Positions 1 through 8,484 of a stretch of DNA of 45,565 nucleotides are shown here, one piece after another. Every line of letters begins with the position of its first letter. Position 1 is the first letter of the stretch. Source of the DNA: Bacteroidota bacterium (GTDB taxonomy: Bacteria > Bacteroidota > Bacteroidia > Bacteroidales > JADFUO01); assembly GCA_030622635.1 (NCBI GenBank), contig JAUXFX010000003.1:1-45565 (forward strand). Direction: 5' to 3'. A model generated the notes under the pieces. That model searched no databases, was not told the DNA's origin, and worked only from the letters and a program-made list of their open reading frames with translations. The position numbers and the translations under genes are program-made.

Positions 1-21
1 CATGCATGTAGAAAGAATTCT

Positions 22-72
22 TAAATCAAAAATCGTTAACTTAGCTTCGCTAAGTTAACGATTTTTGATTTA
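22..72. terminator. Perfect 24-bp inverted repeat hairpin, probable bidirectional intrinsic terminator
   Basis: TAAATCAAAAATCGTTAACTTAGC-TTC-GCTAAGTTAACGATTTTTGATTTA; lies about 140 nt downstream of the minus-strand aminotransferase stop. Confidence 0.65.
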
Positions 73-211
73 TTTTCGATTGAATTATTTATTATTTATG
101 ATTTTTCTGTACAGTTTCAATACTTTCTACTTCTTAATTCATTATTCGTTAATCGATATTCGTTATTCACTTTTTTTCCATATCCTGACTTTATAGACAA
201 ACTCAACCATG

Positions 212-1438
212 CTAAAGTAATGGCTTAATACAATCAGCGAGACGTTTAATAGATTCTGCTAACTGCTCTTTTGAAGCATAAGAAAAATTTATTCTCATGT
301 GATTTTTTGCAGGATTTTCGCCGAAAAATTGCTCGCCGGGAACAAAAGCAACTTTATATTTTATTGCTTCAAAAAACAGTTCATCCGTATCAATATGTTC
401 AGGTACGGATACCCAAAGGAAAAGACCGCCTTCAGATGTTGTCCATGTTACTCCTGTTTCTTTTGGAAAATATTCTTCCATTGTTTTCAGAAATACCTGC
501 AGCTTTTCACGATAATATTTTTTACATTTTTCAAAATGAGCATCTAAATCCATTTCAGTAAGAAATGCCATACATAAGTCCTGATTGTATTTTGGTGTGT
601 TAAGAATATTTCCTTCTTTGATATTTGTCATTTTTTTAATTACTTCCGGTGGTCCGATATTAAATCCAACCCTTAATCCCGGACAGAATATTTTTGAAAA
701 AGTGTATAATCCTATCACATTTCCACCACCGTTATTATGTTTTTGGTCAAGTGAGAAAATTGAAGGAATAGGGTCACCATAATAACGAAGGTCGCGGTAA
801 GGGCTGTCTTCAATTATCGGAACATTATATTTATAGCTCAAATCCAATAATGCTTTTCTTTTTTCATAACTCATTGTTATTCCTGTCGGATTTTGGAAAT
901 CAGGCACAACATAAATGAATTTTGGTAATTTATTTTGCTTGTTCATTTCTTCGAGTTTTTGCTGGAAAACCTGAACATTTGAGCCATCGTTTTCAATGTC
1001 AACTCCGATAAATTCGGGACGTTCCATTTCAAAAGCGACCAAAGCACCTGCGAAAGTCGGTCTGTCAATGATAATTCTATCGCCTGGATTTAAGAAAAGT
1101 CGTCCAACTAAGTCCAGTCCATGCTGACCCGATGTAGTGATGAGAATATTTTTCTTTTCAACAGTTATATCATCCCTTTTTAAAAAATCAATTATAGCAT
1201 CTACAAGCGATTGCTCACCGGGGATAGCAGAGTACTGCATGATTTTATCAATATCTATGTCTAAAATCCTTTCGGATATTATTCTCATTTCCGATTTCTG
1301 AAACACTTTTGGCGAAGGTAATCCTCCTGCCAAAGAAATAATTTCAGGGTCAGCCAGATATTTAAGTGTTTTCCCTATAGGATAACCTTCGAAATCCTTA
1401 ATGTTTTCAGAAAATCTGTTTTGCCAGTTTTTAATCAT
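212..1438 (-). CDS. PLP-dependent aminotransferase class I/II (LysN/MocR-like aminotransferase)
   Basis: ISLAGGLP N-terminal motif, PDFQNPTG, EDSPY, TFSKIFCPGLRVG (PLP lysine), GGLFLW, MRINFS. Confidence 0.92.
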   Translation of the reverse strand: MIKNWQNRFSENIKDFEGYPIGKTLKYLADPEIISLAGGLPSPKVFQKSEMRIISERILDIDIDKIMQYSAIPGEQSLVDAIIDFLKRDDITVEKKNILITTSGQHGLDLVGRLFLNPGDRIIIDRPTFAGALVAFEMERPEFIGVDIENDGSNVQVFQQKLEEMNKQNKLPKFIYVVPDFQNPTGITMSYEKRKALLDLSYKYNVPIIEDSPYRDLRYYGDPIPSIFSLDQKHNNGGGNVIGLYTFSKIFCPGLRVGFNIGPPEVIKKMTNIKEGNILNTPKYNQDLCMAFLTEMDLDAHFEKCKKYYREKLQVFLKTMEEYFPKETGVTWTTSEGGLFLWVSVPEHIDTDELFFEAIKYKVAFVPGEQFFGENPAKNHMRINFSYASKEQLAESIKRLADCIKPLL

Positions 1439-1533
1439 AAGCGTTAATGTTAAGATAATTTATAACTAATCAGATATATAAAACACGATAAAATTAAGTT
1501 ATTCATTTATTTTTAACTATAAAAAAAGTGGAA

Positions 1534-1597
1534 TATTCCAACTTTCCAACATTCTAACATTCCATTATTCCATCATTCCAACATTCCATTATTCCTT
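1534..1597. repeat. Degenerate 8-bp tandem repeat (YATTCCAW x8)
   Basis: tattccaa ctttccaa cattctaa cattccat tattccat cattccaa cattccat tattcctt; reverse complement of the TAATGGAG-type array at 23204. Confidence 0.85.
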
Positions 1598-1655
1598 CAA
1601 GGAACCGGCTTTGACACATTTTTATTTATACACTAATGTTTATTGAAATAATTGG

Positions 1656-2177
1656 TTATAATATTTTTTTAAATGTGCCAATTTCCGTGAATATTTTTTT
1701 TCGTAACATTATTTTTAACTCTTTTTTATCAGGGTTAATTATATAATAGTCTATTTCTCCTTTACTTTTATATTTTTCTTTTACATTTGTAATTCTTTTC
1801 AATTCTTCTATTTTTTCTTTGTTTTCACCATCAATCATAAAAACCTTTAAATCCTTTTTGTTATTTAATTTTACAACAATTATATTCCACAGACTGTCGT
1901 TTTTTTCGTTAAGAAAATAGTATTTCTTATATTTTTTCAGGATAATATTTTCTGAAAGTTCTCCTTTACCATTGAAGATTGTTTTTCCATTCCCAAATCT
2001 GTAAGTTACATTATTTATAATCAATGTGTCATTATTCTCATCAATGTATGTACCTTGTAAATCTGCTGGAAATATTTTTTCAGCTTCTATTCCTGCCGGC
2101 TGTGGTTGTTCAAATTTAACTTCCACACAAGAGCTGATAAAGACTATAAAACTAAAAAACAGGATTAAATTTTTCAT
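1656..2177 (-). CDS. Hypothetical lipoprotein
   Basis: 173-aa ORF with signal peptide and lipobox FISS-C; no recognised domain. Confidence 0.75.
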   Translation of the reverse strand: MKNLILFFSFIVFISSCVEVKFEQPQPAGIEAEKIFPADLQGTYIDENNDTLIINNVTYRFGNGKTIFNGKGELSENIILKKYKKYYFLNEKNDSLWNIIVVKLNNKKDLKVFMIDGENKEKIEELKRITNVKEKYKSKGEIDYYIINPDKKELKIMLRKKIFTEIGTFKKIL

Positions 2178-2222
2178 ATTATTATAATAAATTTATGAAA
2201 TTACATTAAATTTTATTTAAAA

Positions 2223-3410
2223 TTAATAACCGAATGAATACTTGATGCCACCTCCAAAAACTGTTGGTCTTCTTATTACTCCGTCAACATCATGACTATA
2301 ATCAATACGTGCTGCAATGAAAATTTTACTTTCTTTAGCAAAATTATATGCCCCTTCTATAAGAAAATCTAATAAATCATATTTCCCTGCTTTTTTTTCG
2401 TTTTCGTTTGGTTTCATATAGTTAAATCCTGTAGCTACATGCCATTTATAATTGTTGGAAATATAATATTTTGCATATAATTCCATACCATAACCCGAAT
2501 AATATACTGTTGTAGTATCATTTAAAGCAAATGTTTCATGATTAATAAAATCAGAGTAAGTTAAAGCTAAATATATTTTGTTCTTTTCATAGCGAATACC
2601 TGCAACTGTGGCCTGGTCACCTTTTTTAGGTTCATCCGGTAACGGATTATTTACCCCATCGAGTACTTTGTTAAAGCCAACTCCTAAATAAAAACCCGAT
2701 TTGCTTTGATAAAAAATACTTGTACCGTAAGTATCGGGAAAAGCCTGATCGTTAGCTGTTAAAGTTCTCATTTGTGCCTGTAAACCAATACTAACAGGTC
2801 CAAATGTCCCAATATATTGCATAATGCTGTTAGATCGTCCCGTACCGGAAACACCACCATCGGTATTTGTATTGTATGTACCGCTTGCTTCACCGCCAAA
2901 TACTAAAAACATATCTGTTATTCCGCTTACCATATAATAAACCGACCATAACTTTCCGAAAGTAAGGTTACCATAAGGCGTTTGAAATCCAACATAACCC
3001 AAGCGTGTAAATAATGCATTATTTGCTTCTGCATATTCCGGCCCCGGATCAGGAGAGAATTTGATCTTATCATCTTTTTTAACCAATGAAGCGCCCCACT
3101 CAGCTCCTGCTAAAACATAATATATTTTTTTCGCCCCTAAAGGTATTTTTCCTTTCAAGCCAAAACGCGATGAATTGTCGGAAACCCCTGTGTGTCCATC
3201 TTTTGAAATACCTGCATTTATTCTGTAACTCCCATAAAATCTTACTTTTTCGCTGACTTCATATATCCATTCAGGTAAAGAATCCTTTTTTGTTGAATTT
3301 TGTTTTCCCTTTTTCTTGTTATTCTCGAATAAATTATTAGCAGATATAAAATCGGGTATCAGAAATAAAACAAACAGAAGAATTAATATTATACTTTTTT
3401 TTATATACAT
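2223..3410 (-). CDS. Gram-negative general porin family outer-membrane protein
   Basis: Signal peptide; VRFYGSYR, DNSSRFGLKG, RLGYVG...YGNLTFGK motifs of classical porins; aromatic C-terminal beta strand (GIKYSFGY). Confidence 0.82.
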   Translation of the reverse strand: MYIKKSIILILLFVLFLIPDFISANNLFENNKKKGKQNSTKKDSLPEWIYEVSEKVRFYGSYRINAGISKDGHTGVSDNSSRFGLKGKIPLGAKKIYYVLAGAEWGASLVKKDDKIKFSPDPGPEYAEANNALFTRLGYVGFQTPYGNLTFGKLWSVYYMVSGITDMFLVFGGEASGTYNTNTDGGVSGTGRSNSIMQYIGTFGPVSIGLQAQMRTLTANDQAFPDTYGTSIFYQSKSGFYLGVGFNKVLDGVNNPLPDEPKKGDQATVAGIRYEKNKIYLALTYSDFINHETFALNDTTTVYYSGYGMELYAKYYISNNYKWHVATGFNYMKPNENEKKAGKYDLLDFLIEGAYNFAKESKIFIAARIDYSHDVDGVIRRPTVFGGGIKYSFGY

Positions 3411-3470
3411 AACTAAGCTCTTTAAAATATCATTAGTGATAATATATTAAAGATAATTATTAAAATGTAT

Positions 3471-3532
3471 TTACGAATTACGTGTTTTGTTTTCGTAACT
3501 TGTAATCTCGTAATCCCGTAATTGTTTGTAAT
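3471..3532. repeat. Short inverted plus tandem (T/C)CGTAATC-type repeat cluster
   Basis: ttacgaattacg followed by tcgtaac ttgtaatc tcgtaatc ccgtaatt. Confidence 0.6.
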
Positions 3533-3618
3533 ATATCACACTTTTGTGGCTTTTTAACAAACTCGATCTTACAGATAAATTTTGAAAAAATATCGGCTCT
3601 TAAATACAGGATTTTATC

Positions 3619-4860
3619 TTAATACGACCCTTTCCCCAATACAACCCTGATTCCTTTTCTCATCATATCTTTGCCGTCGTTGGTTGCACGAAGTGCCTTA
3701 TAATAAATAACATCACCAATTTTTTGAGCATTTGCTTTTCTTTCATCATCCGCCATAAAATATGCAGCCATTGTGTCGAATTCTCTTGCTGTTCCGTCAC
3801 TTTCGTATTTAAAAGTCAAATCTGTTCCGCTTTCGAGAACTTTATAAGCATTTTCTGTCCAATCAAAATTCTCAATTCCCAAATCAGGATTAATACGAAT
3901 ATGAGCAGCAAGACTTACTCCCTTGATACCGCTTTCTTTAAGTTCTTTGGCACATTGAATAAAATTATGAGGACTTACACCGTTACCAATGTTTACTTCA
4001 TAAATCGGGGTAGTCTGGTCATCTCTGATATATTCATTAATGATATTAAACAGCATTCTTAATTGCATTGTGTTTTGAGTGGCAAGCAACATTGAAATTT
4101 TAAAGTTCAGATTTGGAATATCACGTCCAAAGTAACATGCAGCAATTATTGAGCTCCAGCTTGGATTTAGAAAGAAATCTGCACCATTTTCTTTGGCTGT
4201 TCTGATTACTCCATCAAGATAAAATAAATGATTATCATCAGCAATCTCAATTCCTCCGAAGTTTCCAAATGGTGTACCCTGGTTTTTCAAAATGATAGCC
4301 GACTTACCTTCACCCATATCAGCCCTGTCAAATGTTTTACCTGTAACTTCCTCTATTTCTAAGAACCTGCTTTCAGGGTGGGGTATCCCGATTAAGTTTG
4401 TACTGCAATATTTTGACGTTTGCATAATGTTCTCGGTCATGGCTAAAGTAGCCATCAAATCACCGCTGTAAACATAATAATCGGTTAAAGGAACAACTGA
4501 TATCATTTCGGCAGGAACAAATACAGGGCCGGTTTTTGCAGTTTCTACAACTTTTTTCATAAAATTATGTGTAACATAAGCTCCCTGAAAACCTGAAACC
4601 TGGCTTGTAGCAATCCCATAATTACTATTATATTGGGGATTAATCTCTTTAGTGAAATCATCTACTTTAGGGAATTTCTTAATTAATTCCTCTGCATCTG
4701 TTATCATTTCTCCAAAACCTTTTTCAACAAGGATTTTCTTACGTGTTTTAAAATCCCGCATTTCTTTAATGGTTTGGTTAATTTCGTCAGCACCGCCGTA
4801 AAATTCTTTTAAGGCATCAATCGCCTTGATATCACTATCTGATAATAATTTGTATTTCAT
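3619..4860 (-). CDS. Conserved hypothetical cytoplasmic protein, possible enzyme
   Basis: 413-aa ORF with typical globular composition, no signal peptide; motifs YGGADEIN, GDLMA, FGNFGG, NFKIS, RDDQTTP. Confidence 0.8.
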   Translation of the reverse strand: MKYKLLSDSDIKAIDALKEFYGGADEINQTIKEMRDFKTRKKILVEKGFGEMITDAEELIKKFPKVDDFTKEINPQYNSNYGIATSQVSGFQGAYVTHNFMKKVVETAKTGPVFVPAEMISVVPLTDYYVYSGDLMATLAMTENIMQTSKYCSTNLIGIPHPESRFLEIEEVTGKTFDRADMGEGKSAIILKNQGTPFGNFGGIEIADDNHLFYLDGVIRTAKENGADFFLNPSWSSIIAACYFGRDIPNLNFKISMLLATQNTMQLRMLFNIINEYIRDDQTTPIYEVNIGNGVSPHNFIQCAKELKESGIKGVSLAAHIRINPDLGIENFDWTENAYKVLESGTDLTFKYESDGTAREFDTMAAYFMADDERKANAQKIGDVIYYKALRATNDGKDMMRKGIRVVLGKGSY

Positions 4861-4896
4861 AATGTTTGATTTTAATTATTAAATTTTATAATTGTT

Positions 4897-5217
4897 TTAT
4901 TTATAATCTTCTCTTACCGGATTAAAAATATCAATAATCTTACAATCGGTAATAGCTTTTCCTGAGTGCTTTGCATTTGAAGGAATAACAGCAATTTTTC
5001 CGGAATTTAAAATTTGTTTTTCTCCGTTAACTATAAGTTCAAATTCTCCTTCTGTAACACACGATAATTGTTCGTGATGATGTGAATGTTCGGGTAAAGA
5101 ATAACCTTTTTTAATGTTCCATGAGGCAATGGTCATATTTTCGGAATGAATAAATCTTGCTTTATAGCCGGGAACAATTTCTTTTTCTTTAATGTTTTGT
5201 AATTTAATAAACGGCAT
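4897..5217 (-). CDS. Cupin domain protein
   Basis: PEHSHHHEQ...VTEGEF and IPSNAKHS cupin metal motifs, DIFNPVREDY end; start moved to ATG 5217 (MPFIKL) because a -7 box lies at 5236-5243. Confidence 0.9.
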   Translation of the reverse strand: MPFIKLQNIKEKEIVPGYKARFIHSENMTIASWNIKKGYSLPEHSHHHEQLSCVTEGEFELIVNGEKQILNSGKIAVIPSNAKHSGKAITDCKIIDIFNPVREDYK

Positions 5218-5235
5218 AATTATAAGTATTTGTTG

Positions 5236-5243
5236 CAAAATTA
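5236..5243 (-). promoter_or_regulatory. Bacteroidota sigmaA -7 element (TAATTTTG)
   Basis: Exact TAnnTTTG on the minus strand about 19 nt upstream of the cupin ATG. Confidence 0.55.
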
Positions 5244-5270
5244 ACAAAACAGATAAGAATAACAATATTT

Positions 5271-6194
5271 CTAATTCAAGAATTTATAAGTAACACCAAT
5301 ACCGAGTAATTGCATAATCTGGGTTCTTGGACCAATATTACCGTCTTTATCTGTAATCGGCATATCATCATCATAAACCATCTGTAAGCCGAAATTTGCT
5401 GCAAGCCATTCGTTAATTGTAAAATTTATCATTGTATCCCAATTAACATCAATATTTTGCGGATTATTAAAATAATCGGAGAACAGTTCCAGTTTTGTTT
5501 GTAAATCAACATTTTTTATAATTTCTTTTCTAAATAAAATCCGGAAAAAGACTCCAAATTCATTTTTCACTTTTTCCCCCTCTTTGATTATATTTCCCTG
5601 TCCGTTATATTCAGCAGGAGCAACCCCAAAAGCTCCTTTATTTGCCAAATCCTGGTCGTTAACTATGATTAACCTTTCAGTAATTGGCGATAAGTAAAAT
5701 GATAGAAAATCATAAGGGCTGTATTCCATTCCTAAACCTATTGATGTATAAGCGGGAGCTAAAAAATTGGAGATTTTAACTTTTGTAGAGTCCACATTAT
5801 CATGATAATTATAACCCGTGGCAAACTGTGATTTAAAATTGAATAATGCGGAGTAATACCATTTATCAGCCGCTTTTAAGCCATAACCTGACGAAAAATC
5901 AATTTTATCTTCACTTTTACGGAATTCTCTGGTGCCTGTTTTTGTTTGGCCGTAAACCAATGCTAACATATTTTTCCACTTCGACTTATTTTTTTCATAT
6001 TTTTCATACAGATTAATAAATCCATTTAAGGTAATATTGTTTTCCCCACCTGCAGCCCAGTTTGTAAATGAGGCTTGAGAGAACAGTAATGATGCATCTC
6101 CACTTGTTGTCCAGGCTGAAACTGTGTCATTTTGAGCTTTTGAGGCAAGTCCGAAAAAAAGTAAGCCTGCTAATAATACTATAATTTTTTTCAT
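5271..6194 (-). CDS. DUF3078 family outer-membrane beta-barrel protein
   Basis: Signal peptide; FSQASFTNWAAGGEN, RKSEDKI, SQFATGY, FLAPAY, DVNWD motifs typical of Bacteroidota DUF3078. Confidence 0.85.
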   Translation of the reverse strand: MKKIIVLLAGLLFFGLASKAQNDTVSAWTTSGDASLLFSQASFTNWAAGGENNITLNGFINLYEKYEKNKSKWKNMLALVYGQTKTGTREFRKSEDKIDFSSGYGLKAADKWYYSALFNFKSQFATGYNYHDNVDSTKVKISNFLAPAYTSIGLGMEYSPYDFLSFYLSPITERLIIVNDQDLANKGAFGVAPAEYNGQGNIIKEGEKVKNEFGVFFRILFRKEIIKNVDLQTKLELFSDYFNNPQNIDVNWDTMINFTINEWLAANFGLQMVYDDDMPITDKDGNIGPRTQIMQLLGIGVTYKFLN

Positions 6195-6364
6195 TTTATT
6201 TAAATTGTAATTGGTTAATATTGTAATTTTAAAATCCTATCTCATCAATCTGGATAAACCAAAAAAGTTATCTTTTATATGTTATTAGTTATAAAATAGT
6301 GTCTGCAAAAAACTAAATAAATATATCTTTTTATTAATTTCGCAAAAATAAAATATTTTTTTAA

Positions 6365-7756
6365 ATGAATTACGATATTATTATAATAGGTAGCGGACCC
6401 GGTGGATATGTTGCTGCTATCAGGGCTGCTCAATTAGGATTTAAAACTGCTGTTGTTGAAAAAGCCGAATTAGGAGGGATTTGTTTAAACTGGGGTTGTA
6501 TTCCTACAAAAGCATTGTTAAAAAGTGCTATGGTTTATAAATATGCTTCACATGCTTCTGATTATGGTGTTGAAATTGATGGAGAAGTTAAACCTGATTT
6601 TGAAGCAATGGTTGAACGAAGCAGAGGTGTTGCCGAAACCATGAGCAAAGGAATTCAGTATCTTTTCAAAAAAAATAAAATTGAGCATATAAAAGGTTAT
6701 GGTAAAATTAAACCCGGCAAAATTGTTGAAGTTATTGATTATAATCGGAATATTACTGAATATTCAGCAAATCATATTATAATTGCAACCGGTGCATGCT
6801 CACGTGAATTTCCCGGTTTAGAAATTGATGGAAAAAAAATAATCGGATACAGACAAGCCCTGACATTACTGAAGCAGCCAAAGTCAATGGTTGTAGTAGG
6901 TTCCGGAGCAATTGGTTCTGAATTTGCTTATTTTTATAATACTATAGGAACCGAAGTTACTTTGATTGAGTTTATGCCTGAGATTGTTCCGCTTGAGGAC
7001 GGGGAAGTTTCAAGACAACTGGCAAGATCGTTCAAAAAAAATAAAATGAAGGTTAGAACCAATTCAACTGTTGAGTCGGTTGATAAAAGTGGTAAACTCT
7101 GCAAAGTATTGGTAAAAACAAAAAAGGGTGAAGAAATTTTTGAAGCAGAAATTGTTTTGTCAGCAGTTGGGATTACAACAAATATTAAAAATATCGGGTT
7201 GGAAGACGTTGGTATAAAAACCGAAAACGGTAAAGTAAGAGTTGATGAATTTTATGAAACAAATGTGCAGGGTTATTATGCCATTGGTGATATTATTCTT
7301 GGTCCGGCACTGGCTCATGTAGCTTCTGCCGAAGGAATAATATGTGTGGAAAAAATTGCCGGTAAAAATCCTGAACCGCTTGATTATGGCAATATTCCTG
7401 CTTGTATATACACACAACCCGAAGTAGCTTCAGTTGGTTTAACTGAGAAAGCAGCAAAAGAAGCCGGCTATGAAATCAAGGTCGGAAAATTCCCATTTAC
7501 AGCTTCGGGTAAGGCAACTGCTGCAGGAACAAGAGAAGGATTCGTAAAACTTGTTTTTGAAAATAAATCCGGAAAATTGCTCGGAGCTCACATGATTGGT
7601 GAAAATGTTACTGAAATGATAGCCGAAGCTGTTGTAGCAAAAAAATCAGGGTTAACAGCAAATGAAATATTAAATTCAGTACATCCTCATCCAACCATGT
7701 CGGAAGCAGTTATGGAAGCTGCTGCTGCCGCTTGTGGTGAGGTAATACATTTATAA
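6365..7756 (+). CDS. lpdA: Dihydrolipoyl dehydrogenase (E3)
   Basis: GSGPGGY FAD motif, GGICLNWGCIPTK redox disulfide, GSGAIGSE NAD motif, HPHPTMSE. Confidence 0.97.
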   Translation: MNYDIIIIGSGPGGYVAAIRAAQLGFKTAVVEKAELGGICLNWGCIPTKALLKSAMVYKYASHASDYGVEIDGEVKPDFEAMVERSRGVAETMSKGIQYLFKKNKIEHIKGYGKIKPGKIVEVIDYNRNITEYSANHIIIATGACSREFPGLEIDGKKIIGYRQALTLLKQPKSMVVVGSGAIGSEFAYFYNTIGTEVTLIEFMPEIVPLEDGEVSRQLARSFKKNKMKVRTNSTVESVDKSGKLCKVLVKTKKGEEIFEAEIVLSAVGITTNIKNIGLEDVGIKTENGKVRVDEFYETNVQGYYAIGDIILGPALAHVASAEGIICVEKIAGKNPEPLDYGNIPACIYTQPEVASVGLTEKAAKEAGYEIKVGKFPFTASGKATAAGTREGFVKLVFENKSGKLLGAHMIGENVTEMIAEAVVAKKSGLTANEILNSVHPHPTMSEAVMEAAAAACGEVIHL

Positions 7757-7768
7757 AATATTAATATT

Positions 7769-8317
7769 ATGCAAATAATAAAAACAAAAATTCCAGACCT
7801 GTTAATAATTAAACCTGATGTGTTTGAAGATGACAGGGGGTATTTTTTTGAATCATATAACAGGGAAAAATTTGTTCAGGCAGGTATTGATTACAAATTT
7901 GTTCAGGACAATGAATCAAAATCACAAAAAGGGGTTTTACGTGGTTTGCATTTTCAAAATCCGCCTTATGCACAAGGAAAATTAGTGAGAGTGATGAAAG
8001 GAGCAGTATTGGATGTTGCTGTTGACATCAGAAAAAATTCACCGACTTATGGTAAATGGGCTTCAATTGAATTGTCCGAATCAAATAAAATGATGTACTG
8101 GATACCTCCCGGATTTGCACACGGCTTTGTTACTCTTGAAGACAACACTGTTTTCTTTTATAAATGTACAAATGTTTATAACAAACAATCGGAAGGAAGT
8201 ATTAGATGGAACGATCCGGCTTTGAATATTGACTGGAAAACAAAAAATCCTATCCTTTCTGAAAAAGATAAAATTACCCCGTCTTTTAAAAACTTTGAAA
8301 GTAAGTTTGTGTTTTAA
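7769..8317 (+). CDS. rfbC: dTDP-4-dehydrorhamnose 3,5-epimerase
   Basis: DDRGYFFES, FVQDNESKS, VLRGLHFQ, DVAVDIR, GFAHGF. Confidence 0.96.
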   Translation: MQIIKTKIPDLLIIKPDVFEDDRGYFFESYNREKFVQAGIDYKFVQDNESKSQKGVLRGLHFQNPPYAQGKLVRVMKGAVLDVAVDIRKNSPTYGKWASIELSESNKMMYWIPPGFAHGFVTLEDNTVFFYKCTNVYNKQSEGSIRWNDPALNIDWKTKNPILSEKDKITPSFKNFESKFVF

Positions 8318-8370
8318 TAAGCAGGATATTGGTTTTATGTTAAATACTATGGATGTTTTAACACAAGAAA

Positions 8371-8437
8371 GTTTCAGGTTTCTATGTTCCAGGTTCAAGG
8401 TTTTATTGGTTATAACATTGAACTTTGAACCTTGAAT
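8371..8437. repeat. Facing 7-bp repeat arrays (GGTTYCA... / ...TTGAACY) forming an imperfect hairpin
   Basis: gtttcaggtttctatgttccaggttcaagg ... acattgaactttgaaccttgaat between rfbC and uvrA. Confidence 0.7.
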
Positions 8438-8484
8438 AATAATAATAAATTACCCACAAAAAACAACATAGTACCATAATAGTT

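Noticed and set aside
7769-8317. Polysaccharide biosynthesis locus around rfbC
   Set aside because: rfbC is solitary between lpdA and uvrA, and dispersed rml genes are not unusual.
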